Below, piece by piece: positions 59,229 to 64,000 of a stretch of DNA of 64,000 nucleotides (its first letter is position 1; each line of letters begins with the position of its first letter). Origin of the DNA: an uncultured Actinomycetes bacterium (GTDB lineage Bacteria > Actinomycetota > JAICYB01); NCBI GenBank assembly GCA_964560135.1, contig CAZLKN010000003.1:51050-115049 (forward strand), written 5' to 3'. The notes under the pieces are model-generated. The model had not been told where the DNA came from, made no database searches, and saw only the letters and a list, made by a program, of their open reading frames with translations. A program made the position numbers and the translations under genes.

Positions 59229-59438
59229 ATGACCGGCCTGACCGATGCCTGGTCGGCCGTCAGCTACCTCATCTCCGGGGTCGTGCTGTGGGGTGGTGTC
59301 GGGATGTGGCTCGACGCGACCCTCGGGACCCGTCCGGTCCTCACGATCGTGGGGGCGCTGCTCGGCAACGCGGCCGGGATCTACCTCGTCTACCGCCGGA
59401 CGCAGTGGGGCGAGACGGGGGTCGACCGTGCGGCATGA
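59229..59438 (+). CDS. atpZ: AtpZ/AtpI-family small membrane protein (ATP synthase operon leader gene)
   Basis: MTGLTDAWSAVSYLISGVVLWGGVGMWLDATLGT...GIYLVYRR: two TM helices and the family signature. Confidence 0.7.
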   Translation: MTGLTDAWSAVSYLISGVVLWGGVGMWLDATLGTRPVLTIVGALLGNAAGIYLVYRRTQWGETGVDRAA

Positions 59439-59823
59439 GCTGCACCTCGTCCGCCGCGGGCTGACCGTCCTGGCTCTCGTCCTGCCGGCGCTCGTGGCCG
59501 TCGGGGCCGTCGCCGGCGGTCGTAACGGCGCCCTCTCGGTCCTCCTCGGGGCCGGGATCGTTGCCGCCAACCAGGCGGTGGCGGGGCTGTCCACCGGCTG
59601 GGCCCGTACCCTCGCCCCCGGCGTCCTCGCCGTCGGCTACGGGGTCTTCGCACTGCGGATGGTCGCCGTGCTCACCTGCTTCACCTGGGCCGCCGGTCTG
59701 GGGTGGGTCGACAGGACCCTGGTCGCGATCGCGTTCTGCGCCGCGCTCGTGGTGACGCTCACCGCCGAGTGCCTCGCCTACGTCCGGAAGTCATACGTGC
59801 CCACATGGAGGATGGTCTCGTGA
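59428..59823 (+). CDS. atpI: ATP synthase protein I
   Basis: Hydrophobic 131-aa protein with four predicted helices, directly upstream of atpB. GTG start overlaps the atpZ end. Confidence 0.55.
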   Translation: MRHELHLVRRGLTVLALVLPALVAVGAVAGGRNGALSVLLGAGIVAANQAVAGLSTGWARTLAPGVLAVGYGVFALRMVAVLTCFTWAAGLGWVDRTLVAIAFCAALVVTLTAECLAYVRKSYVPTWRMVS

Positions 59824-60620
59824 ATATCCTCGTCGCCGCGGAGGAGTTCCACGTCCCGACGGTCACCGAGCTGTTCGAGTTCGTGCCGCTGGCCACGTTC
59901 CAGCTCGCCGGGATCGAGTTCCGCGTGACCTTCCCGATGGTGCTGATGTACGTGCTCGTGTTCCTCGTCGGCGGGCTATTCGTGGCGGCCTTCGGACGGG
60001 CCAGGGTGGTCCCGTCGGGGTTCCAGAACTTCATGGAGGGCTCCGTGGATGTCGTCCGCGAGCAGATCGTGCTGCCCACGATCGGCGCGGAGGGGGAGCG
60101 GTGGATGCCGTTCCTGTGCTCGATGTTCTTCTTCGTCTTCGCCCTCAACGTGATGGGCGTCGTCCCGGTGGTGAACTTCCCGATCACCTCGCGCATGGCG
60201 ATCCCGGCCTTCCTGGCCATCCTGTCGCTGCTGATCTTCAACATCGTGGGGGTCAAGGAGCACGGCCTGAGCTACATCAAGGACATGATGTTCCCCTCGG
60301 GCGTCCCCAAGCCCATCTACATCATCCTCACCCCCGTGGAGCTGCTGTCCACGCTCATCTTCCGGCCCCTCACCCTGGCCGTCCGTCTCTTCGCCAACAT
60401 GATGGCCGGGCACACGATGCTCGCGATCTTCTTCATCGCCAGCGCCTTCTTCCTCTACGGCACGGACGTGCCCCTGTTCCTGCGGTTCATGACCCCCTTC
60501 CCGCTGGTGATGTCGATCGTGCTGATCGGCTTCGAGATCTTCATCTCTTTGATCCAGGCATTCATCTTCACGATCCTCACGGCGGTGTACATCGCCGGAG
60601 CGCTGCACCCTGAGCACTGA
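59805..60620 (+). CDS. atpB: F0F1 ATP synthase subunit a
   Basis: Conserved Arg region (LAVRLFANMMAGH). The start at ATG 59805 (MEDGLVNILV) lies within the longer track ORF. Confidence 0.85.
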   Translation: MEDGLVNILVAAEEFHVPTVTELFEFVPLATFQLAGIEFRVTFPMVLMYVLVFLVGGLFVAAFGRARVVPSGFQNFMEGSVDVVREQIVLPTIGAEGERWMPFLCSMFFFVFALNVMGVVPVVNFPITSRMAIPAFLAILSLLIFNIVGVKEHGLSYIKDMMFPSGVPKPIYIILTPVELLSTLIFRPLTLAVRLFANMMAGHTMLAIFFIASAFFLYGTDVPLFLRFMTPFPLVMSIVLIGFEIFISLIQAFIFTILTAVYIAGALHPEH

Positions 60621-60624
60621 GTAG

Positions 60625-60900
<276 letters not shown>

Positions 60901-60944
60901 GGAAGGCAGAGCCGGAGATCATCGAGGCGTAGAGGAGAGACACC

Positions 60945-61502
60945 ATGTATGTGTGGCTGGCAGCAGCCGAAGAAGCGGGAGGTGCGACCAGGGTCGTGCT
61001 TCCCGAGCAGGACGAGCTGATCTTCGGCATCGTCGCGTTCGTGATCTTCTTCCTGCTCATGGCCAAGCTCGCCTTCCCGGGTCTGCGCAAGGCGCTGGCC
61101 CAGCGGGAGCAGTCGATCAAGGGCGAGCTCGAGCGGGCCGAGCAGACGCGGATCGCGGCCGAAGAGCAGATGGAGGACTACAAGCGGCGCCTCGCCGAGG
61201 CGCGGTCGGAGGCCGACCGCATCATCCGCGAGGCCACGGAGTCGGCCGAGGAGATCCGCCGCGAGCGGACGTCCCGGGCCGAGGACGAGGCACGCCAGAT
61301 CGTCGAACGGGCCCGCGAGGACGCGAACCGCGAACGCGACCGCGTGCTGGGTGAGGTCCGCCGCGAGATGACGGCGATCTCGATGGAGGCGGCGCGCCGC
61401 GTCGTCCAGAAGGAGCTGTCGGATCCGGACGCCCAACGCCAGCTCGTGGAGCAGTTCATCGCCCAGGCGGGGGCCGGGACCCAGAACGGCGGAGGCGGAT
61501 AG
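60945..61502 (+). CDS. atpF: F0F1 ATP synthase subunit b
   Basis: N-terminal TM helix followed by a long charged helix (AEARSEADRIIREATESAEEIRRER...). Confidence 0.85.
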   Translation: MYVWLAAAEEAGGATRVVLPEQDELIFGIVAFVIFFLLMAKLAFPGLRKALAQREQSIKGELERAEQTRIAAEEQMEDYKRRLAEARSEADRIIREATESAEEIRRERTSRAEDEARQIVERAREDANRERDRVLGEVRREMTAISMEAARRVVQKELSDPDAQRQLVEQFIAQAGAGTQNGGGG

Positions 61503-61505
61503 CCG

Positions 61506-62051
61506 GTGGAGAAGCGCGACCTGATCCGGGGCTACGCGACGGCGATCTTCCAGATCGCCGCGGCCGAGGACGCCCTCGAGCGGGTGTCGGACGAACTGTT
61601 CCGTTTCGCCAAGGCCGTCGAGCAGAACCACGAGTTCCGCACCGCCCTCACCGACATCGCGGTCCCCGCCGAGCGCAAGCAGGCGATGGTCGCCGAGCTG
61701 CTCGGGGACCGCGCGTCGGGGCTGACGATCAACGTGATCGACTTCGTGCTGTCCCAGGGCCGGGCCCGCGAACTCCCCCAGATCGTGGACTCGCTCGCGC
61801 ACCTCGCGGCCGAGGAACGCGATCGCGAGATCGCAGAGGTCCGCACGGCGATCGAGCTCACCGACGAGCAGAAGGCCGGCCTCACCGAGGCGCTCCGCCG
61901 CGCGACGGGGAAGACCGTCGAGGTGAAGGTGCTGGTCGATCCGAGCGTCCTCGGTGGCGTGTACGCGAAGGTCGGCGATCAGGTGATCGACGGAACGATC
62001 CGCCATCGCCTCGAGGAACTCCGCGAACAACTCGAATCACAACAGGGGTAG
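61506..62051 (+). CDS. atpH: F0F1 ATP synthase subunit delta (separate from b, unlike the mycobacterial b/delta fusion)
   Basis: OSCP/delta family (RGYATAIFQIA...LVDPSVLGGVYAKVGDQVIDGTIR). GTG start. Confidence 0.85.
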   Translation: MEKRDLIRGYATAIFQIAAAEDALERVSDELFRFAKAVEQNHEFRTALTDIAVPAERKQAMVAELLGDRASGLTINVIDFVLSQGRARELPQIVDSLAHLAAEERDREIAEVRTAIELTDEQKAGLTEALRRATGKTVEVKVLVDPSVLGGVYAKVGDQVIDGTIRHRLEELREQLESQQG

Positions 62052-62054
62052 ACC

Positions 62055-63623
<1,569 letters not shown>

Positions 63624-63629
63624 CCCCCG

Positions 63630-64000
63630 ATGGGAGCCAAGCTCCGGCAGATCCGGCGACGGGTCCGGTCGGTCCAGTCGACGAAGAAGATCACCAAGGC
63701 GATGGAGCTCATCGCCGCGTCGCGGATCGTGCGGGCCGAGCGGCGCGTCCGGGAGGCGCGGCCGTTCGCCGACCGCATCACCGACGTGATCCGCAATCTC
63801 GCCGCGACCACCGAGGAGCTCGCGCACCCGCTGCTGGAGCAGCGGGAGGGGGGCCCGGTCGGGCTGATCGTGGTCACCGCCGACCGCGGGCTCGCCGGCG
63901 CCTACAACGCCAACATCCTGCGGCTCGCGGAGCGGACGCGCCGCGAGCTCGGCCCCCGGAACTCCGAGGTGTACGCGGTGGGACGCAAGGGGATCTCCGC
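63630..64000 (+). CDS. atpG: F0F1 ATP synthase subunit gamma, 3' end outside the window
   Basis: MGAKLRQIRRRVRSVQSTKKITKAMELIAASRI is the gamma-subunit N-terminus. The frame is open to the window end. Confidence 0.85.
   Translation, partial: MGAKLRQIRRRVRSVQSTKKITKAMELIAASRIVRAERRVREARPFADRITDVIRNLAATTEELAHPLLEQREGGPVGLIVVTADRGLAGAYNANILRLAERTRRELGPRNSEVYAVGRKGIS

Overview
This is a high-GC (about 70%) actinobacterial chromosomal segment whose gene order strongly resembles the mycobacterial wbbL/manB ... sahH ... comF-hpf-secA ... rho-rpmE-prfA-hemK-rfe-atp region. Gene content, left to right:
- a cell-envelope glycosylation block (partial WbbL-like GT2, GDP-mannose pyrophosphorylase, epimerase, short YidC);
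- a divergent F420 biosynthesis cluster (hydrolase-cofD-cofE on the minus strand, fbiC on the plus strand);
- an ECF sigma/anti-sigma pair and a coiled-coil protein with a lysine-rich histone-H1-like tail;
- a 1391-aa GT2/polytopic-membrane/C-terminal-domain protein;
- a roughly 5-kb lower-GC insertion (about 16.1-21.1 kb) carrying IS1- and IS3-family transposase remnants, an Arch_ATPase-type AAA ATPase, and a beta-class DNA methyltransferase fused to an Mrr-type PD-(D/E)xK nuclease domain;
- a mannosylation module (DUF3499, two small zinc-ribbon ORFs, GtrA, a Ppm1/GtrB-like GT2, and a 1214-aa GT-C fusion ending in a PMT-family protein O-mannosyltransferase with an inserted beta-rich domain);
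- a DUF4118-GAF histidine kinase, phosphomannomutase, Trm112-like protein, SIS-domain PGI/PMI and sahH;
- a CPA antiporter with RCK domain, DUF389, comF, hpf, a LuxR response regulator and secA;
- prfB with its programmed +1 frameshift site (CUU UGA C);
- a GDE-like glycoside hydrolase followed by homologues of archaeal cyclic-2,3-diphosphoglycerate synthetase and 2-phosphoglycerate kinase;
- transaldolase/FSA, rho, rpmE, a MarR/YceI pair, thyX, DUF1385, a Cu-ATPase with a CsoR-type operator, prfA, prmC, an LMW-PTP-like protein, wecA, and the ATP synthase operon (atpZ, atpI, atpB, atpE, atpF, atpH, atpA, partial atpG).

Non-coding signals:
- a dispersed roughly 22-nt GC-rich repeat family (CCCCYTGGRGGACGACGTYG), present as two clusters of four alternating-orientation copies;
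- a palindromic terminator at the edge of the low-GC insertion;
- a 23-bp-stem hairpin after yceI;
- a MarR-type inverted-repeat operator;
- a 424-nt structured leader upstream of sahH.

No CRISPR array or rRNA was seen. No tRNA was recognised by eye; tRNA and riboswitch searches (tRNAscan-SE, cmsearch) were not possible here.
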